A stretch of DNA of 62,940 nucleotides, the filler included, from Lenisia limosa (lineage: Eukaryota; Protista; Breviatea), in the NCBI GenBank assembly GCA_001655205.1. It is 12 parts of 12 records of this genome, joined end to end, with 100 filler letters (N's around TTAATTAATTAA, not from the genome) between each part and the next. Parts side by side here need not be neighbours in the genome. Positions count along the whole stretch, not along the records: positions 19,493 to 23,306 come from LPNZ01007977.1; positions 23,407 to 37,664 come from LPNZ01009974.1; 10 more parts are not named here. One strand, written 5' to 3'. Below the pieces are notes generated by a model. The model was not told where the DNA came from. It saw nothing but the letters and a program-made list of their open reading frames with translations, and made no database searches. Numbering within the stretch: the first letter of the stretch is position 1; every line of letters begins with the position of its first letter. Below, piece after piece: positions 22,431-35,600 of this stretch. The translations under genes and the position numbers were made by a program.

Positions 22431-23599
22431 AGGGGAGGGGGGTGTGATTAACAAAATTAAAAAATAAAAGGTTAATTTTTGCAACAAGAGACGTTTTTTT
22501 GAAAGGTCATAGCAGTAGAAAATGAATTCGAACTGACCAAGAAAATAAAGAAAACACGCCAAAACTTTGTTCCATGACCCCCCCCCCCCNNNNNNNNNNN
22601 NNNNNNNNNNNNNNNNNNNNNNNNNNNNNNNNNNNNNNNNNNNNNNNNNNNNNNNNNNNNNNNCGGACCAGCCTAGGGGGAGTAAAACGAAGGAAATTTA
22701 TGAAACAAATAAAATTGCGCAAAATCCACTCTGTTAGCTAGAAACACACAAAACGGAAAAAAATAAGAAACAAAAAAAAAAGGCGAAAATAAATATGGCT
22801 TAAAGGACTAGTTATGATTATGTGCTATCGGACATTTCTGAGTAAATAATTTCAGCCAATGAATACTCCAGGAATATCGAATCCCTCTGCTTACGTCAGA
22901 ATTAGGCCCGAAAAAGTTATCTGTGGACTCGCGGAACCTTGGGGAGTAAGAAAACACATAGAAAAAAACTATATGACAGTGCATTTGCAATATTCTGAGT
23001 ATTATTCAAAATAACTGATTCAGATTATGATAATAAAGCGATTACTTAGATGATACATTACAATATATAAACAGTCCAACAAAAGCGCATCCTAGTTAGT
23101 ATGTATAGAGTACGTGATCCCTCCAGAAACACCAGAGTGACTGAAAATAAAATACTGTGGAAAAAGGTATTAGTACAAGCCACCGACAAAAACACGGATC
23201 ATAACGTCATTCAGTATTCCCAGTACCTGTATAGGGGCGGGGGGTTGGCGGGAGAGGGAATTGGGCAGTTTGCAATTTCGAACTGGAAAGTGCGGAGACG
23301 CTACGGNNNNNNNNNNNNNNNNNNNNNNNNNNNNNNNNNNNNNNNNNNNNTTAATTAATTAANNNNNNNNNNNNNNNNNNNNNNNNNNNNNNNNNNNNNN
23401 NNNNNNTCTGCTGCAACTTCAGGCCTATTAAGTTAGTGAGGGATTTTCAAGCAAATGTTTTGATTGACAGAAGCTAGAGAACGGCAAAATAGATCCATTA
23501 TATGCATATCATTTAGGTTTCTCACAAGTATAAGGCCTTACGCTTCTCCTTCCCTCCTTGCTATTGGCCGTTCCACTCTCAACAAGCAAGCCCCCCACA

Positions 23600-26500
23600 G
23601 GATGGCTTTGAAAGCACCGTCCGCGGCGGCCACTAGGCGATTTAGCGGCAAAGCTGCCACAATAGCGCGNNNNNNNNNNNNNNNNNNNNNNNNNNNNNNN
23701 NNNNNNNNNNNNNNNNNNNNNNNNNNNNNNNNNNNNNNNNNNNNNNNNNNNNNNNNNNNNNNNNNNNNNNNNNNNNNNNNNNNNNNNNNNNNNNNNNNNN
23801 NNNNNNNNATGTCAACGCCATATTACTCCAATGGGGAGATAAAAAGACAAAATAATGTGAGTAAGATCAGACACTAAATCCTTCTGTCTCCAAAGTAATT
23901 TAGACCGCTCCTTATATCTTCGGTCCACCCATGCTCAAATATCCTTTCTCCCTCCATACCGAGAGTCTCTCGGGGTTGGCCAGACGGGGGTCGTTGGAAT
24001 AGTCATCCCAATTGGACACAACACAATCCAATGAGGCATGTCTAAGGAGGGGTGGGGGTGGAAGCAATCTCTATAGAAAAATAGTTTTTTCAATGTATGA
24101 AAGCATGAAAGTCTGATATTTGAAAAGGAGACAAGCCCATAAAAAGATAACTTCCAATTGCGTTAATAGCTTGAGGAAACACGCCCACTGCAGCGTATTT
24201 GCCTGGAGTTTTTCAGCTAGCAGCAAGAGGTCAGCCCCTCCTGGGAACGAAAACACACGGTCTGATACTAAAGGGAAAGGAGGTAAAAATGATGCGCTTT
24301 GTGAAACCAACTATCCGATCATATCAGCACGAAATATTGACCTTTGTAAAATTTTTAAATTAATGCTAAAAAAAGGGCGGGGGCGGGGGGTGGGAACCTC
24401 CGTTTCAACAGAAATATCGGCGTTGTACTCTCCCATAAGATGCAATACGGCATAGTATATGTTCACTATGCAAATCAAACCCACATTCGGAGACATGAGC
24501 ACTTCGTGAGTTGTGGACCTGAATATCATCTGCTGACGCCTCCTGCACCGCATCCCTATGACAGTCACACTGGAGTGCAATCCCACATTCATAGTTATTT
24601 GAAATAAGGTTATGTCTGGATAGGACTATTCTATTATTTGGCAGTCAACATTGCCAAGTTGATTAATGTCAAGCAGACAGCACCATGTTTTAGGCCATAC
24701 CCCCATACATAATTTTGGCTTCCTCTCTGGCTAAAAAGTCCAAAACTACCGTCTCTGCATTTTGGTAGATCTTCTCCACTTTTGTGACTTTTGCCTGAGG
24801 GTGAGAAACGAAAGAGCCCAATTTACAATATTTGTTTTATGTTTTGATAACAAACTAAGCCTTAACTTTAACAACGCTGCAATAGGATGAAACAGAGCTT
24901 CAAACGTACCTCGAGCAGCCGCTGGTGCCTGGTCCTCATTTGTGCAATGTCTTCCTCGAAACGAGTGGTCAAGTCGTTGGCAAGACGGGAGGTTCGCTCG
25001 TGGGACAACGCTTCAATCTGGGGGGGGGGGAAGTGTGATGACATGATAAATGCCGAATAACCTTGGATGTGAACACTCTAGTCAAGATAACGTATCAAAA
25101 CCAACAAAGTGTTATAAAAAAGTCATAAATAATGAGGTTTTGTACACCACGTACCACGACGCTTGCATGATTTTTGAGCTTGTCAAGGGAGAAGGCCATC
25201 ATAGCCTTGGCGGCTTGATGCTGCCCCAGGGCCAGAATGGTGGACTCGTTTGCTGCCTTTTCCTNNNNNNNNNNNNNNNNNNNNNNNNNNNNNNNNNNNN
25301 NNNNNNNNNNNNNNNNNNNNNNNNNNNNNNNNNNNNNNNNNNNNNNNNNNNNNNNNNNNNNNTTACTTGTGTTTCAAAAACTGTATTCTGCTTCATATGG
25401 TAATGTTATAGCAGGAACCCAGAACAAAGAAGACGGTCAAGCCTGTCACCTGTCTGCGGATATTGGGGTGGTTGCAATACAGGAAGAACCGACGGATGGT
25501 GTCGGGATGATATGTGGACTTGAAGTGCTGAGTAGTGTGAGTTCGAATGAATTTCAGATAGGCCCTGGAGGAATAGTTCCAACCAAGCACTTGTAAAATT
25601 CCAACTGCAAATCGCATTCATCCAAACAAATCCAATACCAAAATTATCAAACAAATCCAATAACAAAATTATCCTACTTCTGCGCTATTTTTGAGACAAC
25701 AAAACACACTATAAACCCCAAAAAGAAAACGCTGATACGTCTCGATAAATCATTACCACTTTGGCTCAAAACAGTTAACCAACGACGTTCATTAAATACT
25801 TGATTAACCGAGTCGTTCTATCTTGTCCGTCAGCCCCATAACACACCTTGTCCTCCTGCGGGAGGGTCTCGGAAAGGTTCATTGCGGGCACCCCATCCGC
25901 AGGACGATCGCTGAAGTCAATTTTCTCCTACGGGAGGAGGTGAGAGTGGGGAGAAAAATGCAAAATTTCAAAAAAACAAAAATGGAGGGTGTATATATAC
26001 ATCATATATTATATCTACATATACTATATATCATATGATATAGCAATGAGAAATTAAAACAAGATTGTGTCCGGCCGAAGCCATCCACACCATCATGCTT
26101 AAGATATATGTATTGGATTCTAGTATAATATTAATTCACCCAATTATTTGCCTGACAACTCTGTGCACACAGCTTTCTGCGTGCCTCAATAATGGAAAGT
26201 AATGTAGTAGTTTGTGAAGTCGCAATGTGCGCTATTCAGATAAGTTCTACCTTGATAGCGTCAGAATGATCCGTCATCAGCAGCCTTGGAGCTATCAAGT
26301 CTGTCGGCTCAAAATCAGGGCCCCTCAGCCGAAGAGATACCTAATAAGGTCAGTACACACCTTCCTTATCCGAAACATTAATCCATATTAAAAACCTTAT
26401 CCCACTTTTTCCAGTTGAGCAATGGCCAGCTCGTCCTCAAACGCAGCAGTCCTATATCGTGTAAGGAGTCAAATCACACAGAATCTCAAAAGTAATAATA

Positions 26501-28660
26501 AAGCACTTCGGACAGTTCATTCCTAACCAGCTGAGCCCTCCCACCTCGGCTGCCTTGCAAGGAGATCGTCGCCTCTTCTCGCGCTCATTCGTCCCCCAAG
26601 CTGCCGTGACAGAAGGGCCCAGCGGAGGGAGTGGTGGAGGGCATCCTGAGATGAGGGTCAGAAGCATGATTCAATTGTCAAACAAACAGGATAAACAATC
26701 ACGAAAACAAGAATAACAGTCATATTATATTGCTATGATAAAAAACTGTTAAAAAAGGGGGGACTTATGAGAAGATTGTGAGCAGATTTATCTCTGGGGA
26801 GGGAAGGACTGAGAAATCATAATTCAAATAATACTGCATTTAACTACATGAAAACCTCCTCCTACGCAGTTTTCGTCCTGATCAACTGACGGTGGGACTT
26901 CCTAAAGTTCATAAATGCTTAAATAAGCTTGATTTCGGCAAAACGAAAACCACTATAACGTCTTTTGCATGCTTAGTCTCTTCATCTATCCTCATATGAA
27001 GAAAACGATTACTGACAGGGGGGAGCGATTATTTATATTATCCGCAAACAGAGCTTGGTGGCTGGATATTGTGTGAAAAAGCATCACTTGGGGATCCCGC
27101 ATCTGAATCGTGAAACAAGAGAATGGTTTGACAAAGCAAATGAGGAACCCGAGGAGCAGTGATATCAAGACAACAAGTTATAATTGGTATGGAAAACTGG
27201 TTCACAAGAGATTAAGACAGACAAGGTAAACTGAGACAAACGACATCATCATTGCCAACACAAAACGATAGTCCCTTGCCCACTCTGCAGCTTGCGGGCT
27301 ATAACTTGAGGGTTGTTGCTCAACGATCTTGCCGGCCATGCGAGGCATCGCACCCATCCCTCCACTCCATCGGAACTGGTGGGGGGGGGGGNNNNNNNNN
27401 NNNNNNNNNNNNNNNNNNNNNNNNNNNNNNNNNNNNNNNNNNNNNNNNNNNNNNNNNNNNNNTATCGGCTGAAATACACCCACGTGCCACGTGGATCATT
27501 AAAAACACTAGCATCCTACATGCTAAGGTTTGATAAAACAGATTTTGATCGCAAAAATCAATAATTTTATCATATTCCAAAGTTAAGACAAAATAATGGG
27601 GGTGGGCAGTACCTAGCGCCGTCAAGCCAGCCGTCGTTGCTGCGTGGGGCCTTGAGGTGCTCCTCTCGTACCGTGCCGTTGTTAGACCTTTGGTGTCATG
27701 CCAACACCTCAGATAATGCAAAATATTATAAACCAGGCAATAGAGACATGATATTGGAGTGCTTCGACTTGATGGAAAGATTTACAAAGCATAGAATACG
27801 ACATTTGTACAAGCATCATACCTGATTTCCTCAGGGACCAGCTGCTCAAACCGAGCCTCCAGAATCTTGGCCGTGACTTTCCTTTTTCGGGCATAACCGG
27901 TGGCTTCCTCCATTTGCCATTTTTGGAAGGCCTAAGTAAATAAAGTTGAGTGCACATGTTTGTATCGTTATGATGTGACTCCTAAAAACATAATGAGCTG
28001 TTTGATAGGAGAGAGCAAAAGCATCCCCACCAACCTCAAGAACGGAGGGCCACATGACATCAAAGCTCGATCCTGTTAAAGAAAGAAGAGCCGAGTCCTC
28101 TTCAATGCTCCTAAAATCGTAAGAAATGACGTGAATTTGGCTAAATCTGAAATGACGCCTATCCAGATGAGAATTCCATCCCCACCAGTATGACGCGAGA
28201 AGCTGTTCCACAATGTCATTCGATTCAGGTCCTAACTCTCCATCTGGCCTAAAGGGGATAAATGACAAGCCTGCAATCTAGCCAAAGATGCCCATCAAGA
28301 TTGTGCTATAATAAGGTTAATCTAAATGAAAGGTTGTCAGTAAGCCTTAGCAGCAAAGAGAAGCCAAAGTTACAAGACAAAGTTGATAGAATTAAGAACA
28401 AACAAATATAGTACCCCCCCCCCCCAACGGAGGGATAGTCTGTGTTACTGAGAGGATCTTTCTAAAATCCTCAACTGTTGTAATTGGCTTGTCTAGAAAG
28501 GTGAGCAATCAGCAAAACATATTCTTACTAAAACGGAAAAACGGAATAAAACCTGTTGCGTGTTTGCGAATAAGGCATAAACCCACTTCTTGGAAGAACC
28601 AATGGAGAGAACTTTGGACCTCGTGAAGACTGCTTCTTTGCCTTATTATTAGCCTGGAGT
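23600..28660 (-). CDS. Large multi-exon hypothetical protein
   Basis: AG/GT-bounded open blocks: SIEEDSALLSLTGSSFDVMWPSVLEVGGDAFALSY, AFQKWQMEEATGYARKRKVTAKILEARFEQLVPEEI, VSLRLRGPDFEPTDLIAPRLLMTDHSDAIK, VGILQVLGWNYSSRAYLKFIRTHTTQHFKSTYHPDTIRRFFLYCNHPNIRRQ, IEALSHERTSRLANDLTTRFEEDIAQMRTRHQRLLE and ADLLLLAEKLQANTLQWACFLKLLTQLE. Confidence 0.6.
26041..26188 (+). repeat. Family D dispersed repeat (most complete copy)
   Basis: TAGCAATGAGAAATTAAAACAAG...CCGGCCGAAGCCATCCACACCATCATGCTTAAG...TTCACCCAATTATTTGCCTGACAACTCTGTGCACACAGCTTTCTGCGTGCCT. Confidence 0.8.
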
Positions 28661-29679
28661 GGATTATAAGCCTGACGGAGGAAAAAAATAAAAATACAAA
28701 ACCTGAGTCACCATGGGTGTTCCCACCTTATCCTTTTCCCTTTTAGTCTCCGCTCCCCTCCGGGTCCCGGTTTTTGGGCTGTCATCTTCCCTGGATATCG
28801 ACAGGGTCTTGAGGGTGGGGACTGGAGGGTGAATGGAATATATGAATTCTGAATAAAAATCATTCTTAGCCAACAAAGCCTGAGAGTTGCTTATGTCACA
28901 TCTCATTCCTTGCAATACCAAAACATTCAACAGCAAACTTAGAAAAAAATAAACAACAAGGCGTTGTACATCGTACTAACCTGTACTCATAATGCAGCCC
29001 TCAGGGCCGAGTAGTAGTTAACCCGCGGGCCTGCGACGGTTTACTGCAGGTATTAGCAGTATTCAATAACCTTAGAGTACATAGGTACTGTTGAATTAAA
29101 TTAAAAAATAGAGAATATCATTGGTTCTGATGAAATTGGTCATCTTATGAATAACAAGCAACACATGGTCAAATTCTCAAAGTATATGTACATTGTACGG
29201 AAACTTTGTGGCATCAAGGAGAGGACCAAAACCACTGTGGAAAACTGATACCCGAGGTGAAAGAACCTGCTACATTAATGTACTCACATTTAACAGTATT
29301 TGGTACGTTTCCTCAAAACGTGCAAGTAAGAAGCCTGACAGCTGGACCACAATTATGGGAAGAACTAATGATGGTCTTCTGATCAATTCCGGTCTGTATG
29401 AAACTCAATAATAAATCATGGAGGAGAGTGGAAAGAGGACAACTGGAGGACAAGAACAAAATTTGTAGTAAAGGCAATTTCCGCCGGCGCAGAAATATTT
29501 TTTGGATTTTGGGATTTGAAAAACATGCTAAAATCATATCAAACAACGTAAACGAACCTATTATAACACTATTTACAGCTTAAAATTGAAATAATTCCAT
29601 AGAACGCAACAGTTAATACTTGTTCAAGCTAAAACATCACACCAAAGGCCTCTTTCCCCCATCTGATGGGCTATATATA

Positions 29680-32600
29680 ATGGAAAACGCTAGTGACGTC
29701 TCTGAAGGCGAGTCCGAAGTCCTTGTCGCAGCCTACCGCTCGTTCAAGCTTGAAGGTTCGATAGATCGTGTTGCTATCTTTGCTATCAAGTCGCTCCTTT
29801 GGTCTTCAGAAACTATGATTCTAACTTTTTAGGACAAGCTAGCCAGAGACTATTGCCTACGTTCGACTTCGACGATGAGCCGTTGGGAGGGGGGGGGGNN
29901 NNNNNNNNNNNNNNNNNNNNNNNNNNNNNNNNNNNNNNNNNNNNNNNNNNNNNNNNNNNNNNNNNNNNNNNNNNNNNNNNNNNNNNNNNNNNNNNGGGTT
30001 ATTACTGTTTTGTTTATAATCCAGACACTCTTCACTTGGAATGGTGATAAGAGCTATTTCAACCGAAACACTTGTAAACACTTTGCAATGCATTATTGTG
30101 TTGAAATGTGAAACAATAAATTGGAGATATTTAACGCCTTAGTTCCCAGCAAGAAGACGAGCACCAGGAAGCGGAGGAGGAAAATGAAATCGATTCGGAG
30201 GAAATGGCACTATTGTGGCGCGACAAGTTTATTACTGAACACCAGAGATTGGTGAGAGTTTCGAACGCTTTCTTTCATATTTCAAATAGATCAGTTCCGC
30301 AGGTTCAGGGTGTACCTACCTGTATTGCACTCTTTAATTTTATTACATATATGACCAAATCTTTTGTTGTGGTCACACTTCTTTGGAATAATCCGGCTAA
30401 TACCATAAGATTTATCCATTTCTCAACAGTAACAATAAATACTGTGCCTTTTCTAACATTTTGTTAATCTGATTCCAATAGCAAGAATCGGAAGGACTCG
30501 TCAATGTTGATTTAGACGCGCTCCAAAACCTGGTGGGTTAATGTGAGACTTTAAAACCTGCTGGGTTAATGTGAGACTTTAAACGGGTGGTTGTGTGGTT
30601 TTGTCATGATATTTTTTCATTTTTCTTAATCCTATGATATCTGTTTTCATTTCTTCTACGTTGCCCTTTTGATGGTTTATTGTCATTGCGTGTATCATAA
30701 ACTTACCCTCACCCCTCCCAGGTCTCAGAATACATAGAGCTTCAGAGCCGCTGTACCTCTGCAGGGGGGAGCTGCAATGCCCTCTGGCACTGTGCAGATT
30801 GCCAGATTTGCTCCACCCATCTTGCCAGGATAGCCCCGCCGTACACGGAGTATGGCAAAGGTATGCAGGTTTAAGCTTTTCTGGTTCATGTAATAATATG
30901 GTATGACATATAGTACAATGTGTCTTTATTAAGATTGAACCAGTCTTCGAAACAGATTCGATAAGTCCCAGGAAATTACTCTCGAGCTTTCCCTCTGTAA
31001 ACCTCTTACAACGCAGAAAATGGCTCATCCCTCTTGGCGGAAAAGTCAGAAAAGAGAGATGAATTCGATGTGGTAGGAGGGTTTTGAAAGTACTTTAGTC
31101 TATCCAACCCAAGTTCACGAAAAAATGCTTCTTCCCAATGACAAATTCCATGCAAACATAATGTTTTCATCAATTTATTTTTATTTTTCTATTTGACTTT
31201 TCAGTCCAAACACGCTGTTTCAAAAATCGAAAACGAACTCAATTTATCTGAGGCCCTGGTATCAGATCTTAAAGATCAGTTGTCCTCTAAGGATCTGGTA
31301 GGGGGGAGGGGGGCAGTCTGTGAGTGCGGTTGTTTAGATTCATAGTATAAGGTGTAAGATGTGAGATGGTAGCATCTGATATATAATTTATATAATTCCA
31401 CTTCCACAACTATACCATCAAAACTATTTTTATTGTGAATCAGGAAATTGAAGAGCTCCGTAAGGCCAACATGGCGCTTCAACATAGTCAAAAATCTCTT
31501 CAGGNNNNNNNNNNNNNNNNNNNNNNNNNNNNNNNNNNNNNNNNNNNNNNNNNNNNNNNNNNNNNNNNNNNNNNNNNNNNNNNNNNNNNNNNNNNNNNNN
31601 NNNNNNNNNNNNNNNNNNNNNNNNNNNNNNNNNNNNNNNNNNNNNNNNNNNNNNNNNNNNNNNNNNNNNNNNNNNGAATATGAAACCGAAATCAGAGAGC
31701 TCAGATCTAAGGTGAGTTTAGGCTCATTTGCCAATAAGAAATCGGTTGAAAGGCAAAACGATCAGAATTTGTTTTTTTGGAGAGGATAAATTACCAACAA
31801 TAGATTTACTCAACCTCATATCAATTGAAACATCTTCAAATCGATGCTTAAGATAAAATACTGCTCAAAATCTCACCATAACCACAATTAGCTTGACGAG
31901 CAAGCGTGTATCATGGAGGACCTTAAGGATGACTTGACGTTTACCTCAGAGGAGAAGCAGTCTGTCATGAAGAACTACCTACATGTTGCCAGTGGGCTGT
32001 TCCTGTCCAATTTATCTGCCCTTATGTACTTAACCAAGATAACCTCTTTACTTACCCTCTCATTCAATATATAATGTAACGCTTCAGAGGGCAGGTCGTC
32101 ACTGGCCGAAGATTTGACAAAAATGGAGGACGTGCAGTGCAACTTGCATCTGGAGCTGGCTAGATTGAATGATGAAACGTGGGAGAGGGGCTAGAGTGGA
32201 TTGTGTCATGGCATAATATATATTATTGTCAATATCATTTTAACTGTGACGGATTGGACGATTGGAAGATTGGAAGATTCACTCCCCAGAGAGAAACTCA
32301 ACGAGGATAATGAGGACAAAGAAGAAGCCCTCCATCATTTGAAGGTGCGTGCTTTGTGTGTACTCAAGTTTGACTGCCTATCTCCCTTCACTCTATTCAT
32401 TTGAGATGATCGATTGTTTCATTGGCTCATATATTTCGGAAGTTTATTTTGTGTAATTTTTTCCACCGTTTTTCACCCTCCCATATACTGTATTTATCAC
32501 AATGCGCCCGCTTTACCCCCCCCCCCCCCCCAGNNNNNNNNNNNNNNNNNNNNNNNNNNNNNNNNNNNNNNNNNNNNNNNNNNNNNNNNNNNNNNNNNNN

Positions 32601-35600
32601 NNNNNNNNNNNNNNNNNNNNNNNNNNNNNNNNNNNNNNNNNNNNNNNNNNNNNNNNNNNNNNNNNNNNNNNNNNNNNNNNNNNNNNNNNNATTATTGTTC
32701 CATTCACCCTCCCATTAGACCTGTATGCGCTACAAGGATGAATTGGCAGAAATCAACAAGTCACGAGAAGAGCTTTTGGTGATGGGGGGAGGGCCCTTTT
32801 CCATCTTCTCGTATCTTTTTCACAGAGTTTATTTATCTTCTAAAATTTCCATTTTCCTCTCTCATTTTGCAGATGAGTTTGGAGAAGGCCACTTCTGAGC
32901 TTCAGACTCATAAGCGCTCAATCGAAGCTCTTAAAACTGAGAAGGAGAAGAAACAACTGTGGGTTTCTTAGCGAAAACAAGATATATCGACTATCCTATA
33001 TTCTAGTTTATTCTAGCACCACAACGCAAAAACGTGTTTGTCACCTTGTAGTGAATTTTCTGAGCTGAGTAGCGTATTGGAAGAGTCTAAAGACCAAGTA
33101 GGGAGGGGTTAAGATCAGTAGTTGCTGGTTGGTTGTGGGGTTTGACATTTTTAGCTGTCTTCTTTATCAGAGACAATCGAAGAGAAATCACTGAAGGAAG
33201 AGAGAACCGTTTGTTGGGGTTGGGGTTACTCATCTCTTCTGTTTTAGACAGGATCTTATTTACCTCTGTATTTACAAGCACTATTCAATTGGCATTTGTA
33301 GTGCAACCAATAGCCTTTATAAATGTGATGTTATTGGCCTTTTTTGTGTGACATTTGTAGTCAAAGGAGACGATGCAGCTGAAGTCCGAAAATGAGACGG
33401 CAAAGAGGGAAATTAACCGACTCATGCAGGACCTTGAAAACGCGAGGAAACGTGGGAGAGGGGGGGGGAACAATCTATAAATTGCTCACCTTTTCTGAGT
33501 TTATTGATAACTGTTAAAACACTACGCCATATTGTCAGGTTTAACTTCGTGTAATTATGATGAAATCAGTGAACCAAACTAAATTAAGACGGGACATGAT
33601 ATGCTGTTTGACCACCCCAGACCTGGAGAACGAACAGGCGTCAAGGGGCAAAACATCGCAGGAATTGGCGCGAACCACCGCCGAAGTCAGAACCAAGTCA
33701 ACCGAGGCCAATGCCTGTGGGAGGTCCTGGAAGGAATGCTCCTCCGGAATACTTGTTAGTATACTAGTGATAAGTGCATTTCCATTGAGATGCCTTGGAA
33801 AGGAAATCATAAACCTATTGTGATGGTGTGGACGGCTTCGGCCCAGATACAGCCTATTTGTATTTGTAGCATAGTCTGTACAATGAGTCCTACCCATATC
33901 ACATAGGAGGGTATCTATGATATATCATACCATTTGAGTGTACATGGTTGATAGTATTTGATTCATAGAAATGAATCGTTTTTACCGGTTTAGTGAGTCG
34001 TAAAATCGCCTCTCTCGAAAGGGAAGCCGAGTCTGCCAAAACCAAGGTAGGCTCAACTCTGTTAGCCACCCTTCGGCTCTAACAAATCAGATGCAAAGTA
34101 TCAACACAGAATTGGCTGAAACCACCAGGCTGTTCGAGGAGGAGGTGTGATGGGAACTGGCCACAATATCAGAATGCATGTGGTCTTAGCGGCTCGTCTG
34201 AACAGTGTTATAATCGTCTCACTTATGACTCTTTGACTTTGAAATGAGGCGAGTCAAGTTATCACCCCCATAAATTTTTCAATCCTCCCCTCAAATAAGA
34301 AATTTAGTGGATGTTGCATGTTTTTTGTTTACCCCCCCCCCCAGAAAGCCGAGAAATCTCGTCTCAACCACGACCTCCGCGTTGCCCAGTCATCTATCAA
34401 TGACCGCTCTGCCGCTCTCAGCAAATGCGAAGCCAAGGTATGAATAGAAAGGGGGAGGTAAAGAGACTATCAAGTATTCTATACCTGTTACTTCAGTCTG
34501 AAATGTCCCAAGATGTTTTATTTTATTTTTATTTTTATTATAGAAATTCACATTCCTAAGCTTGGAGAAACATGAACTCTGTACGATAAGACGGATACAA
34601 CTGATGATAATGCATATCGCCATTCGCTTCTTTAGACCCGCATCAGGCTCACTGTTTAGTTGGATGCTGCTATGAAGTCTCAGGAGCGCCAAAAGGCCAA
34701 ACAAACCGAGCTCGAAATAGTTTGTGGGTCTTATAATGCTGCATTTTAAAGCAACTTTCTTTTGGAAGCCCGTCACCCTCGTTGAATGGGCTACTGTCCA
34801 TGTTAATAGCATCAACTGCTGTTACCCCCCCCCCCAGGCCCAAACACAATTCTCGGCAGATTTGGTTGCAGCTGAAAAGCAGAAGACCGTGGCCCTCTCC
34901 AGAGTGTCGTATCTGGAGAGCGAAAGTGGGATGGGGCATGTTGACTCCTTTGAACGTAAGGGTGATTATATAATTGTGTGGTGTTGCTGATGATAATGAG
35001 AAGATGATCATTGATAAGAGGGTGTGCTTTAATGACAATAATGACATTGACAGTCAATCGGGGCCGGCAGAACAGGGAGGATATGTCGCAAAGTCTCCAC
35101 AAACAGGAGCAGGATAACCGACTCATGCGAACTCGTCTCGAAGATGAACTGACGGTATACTGCCTCTTATTCTCTCTCAAAATGGAATGGTTGTGTTTAT
35201 TTTATGTGAATTTCAAGTCTTCGTTCATAATGGGGTGCTGGATCCAGCATTTGCTTTCATGAGATTGATTGTCTCTAGTCTGTGCGGGAAAGCCTGGCCA
35301 CGACGGAGGGTAACGTGGGCGTACTGGAGGCAGACCTGGCGTTGGTCCGACGGAAAGCAGTACGGTTTGAGAAGGAAGCTGTCGCTGCCGTGACGCGTGC
35401 TGCACAGCAGGAGGCCGAGATTGATAGCTTGAGAAGAGGCTCGGATAATGTCCGGTCGGAGCTCAAGGAAAAGGCCTCCACGACGTCGCGGCTTGAANNN
35501 NNNNNNNNNNNNNNNNNNNNNNNNNNNNNNNNNNNNNNNNNNNNNNNNNNNNNNNNNNNNNNNNNNNNNNNNNNNNNNNNNNNNNNNNNNNNNNGAATCA

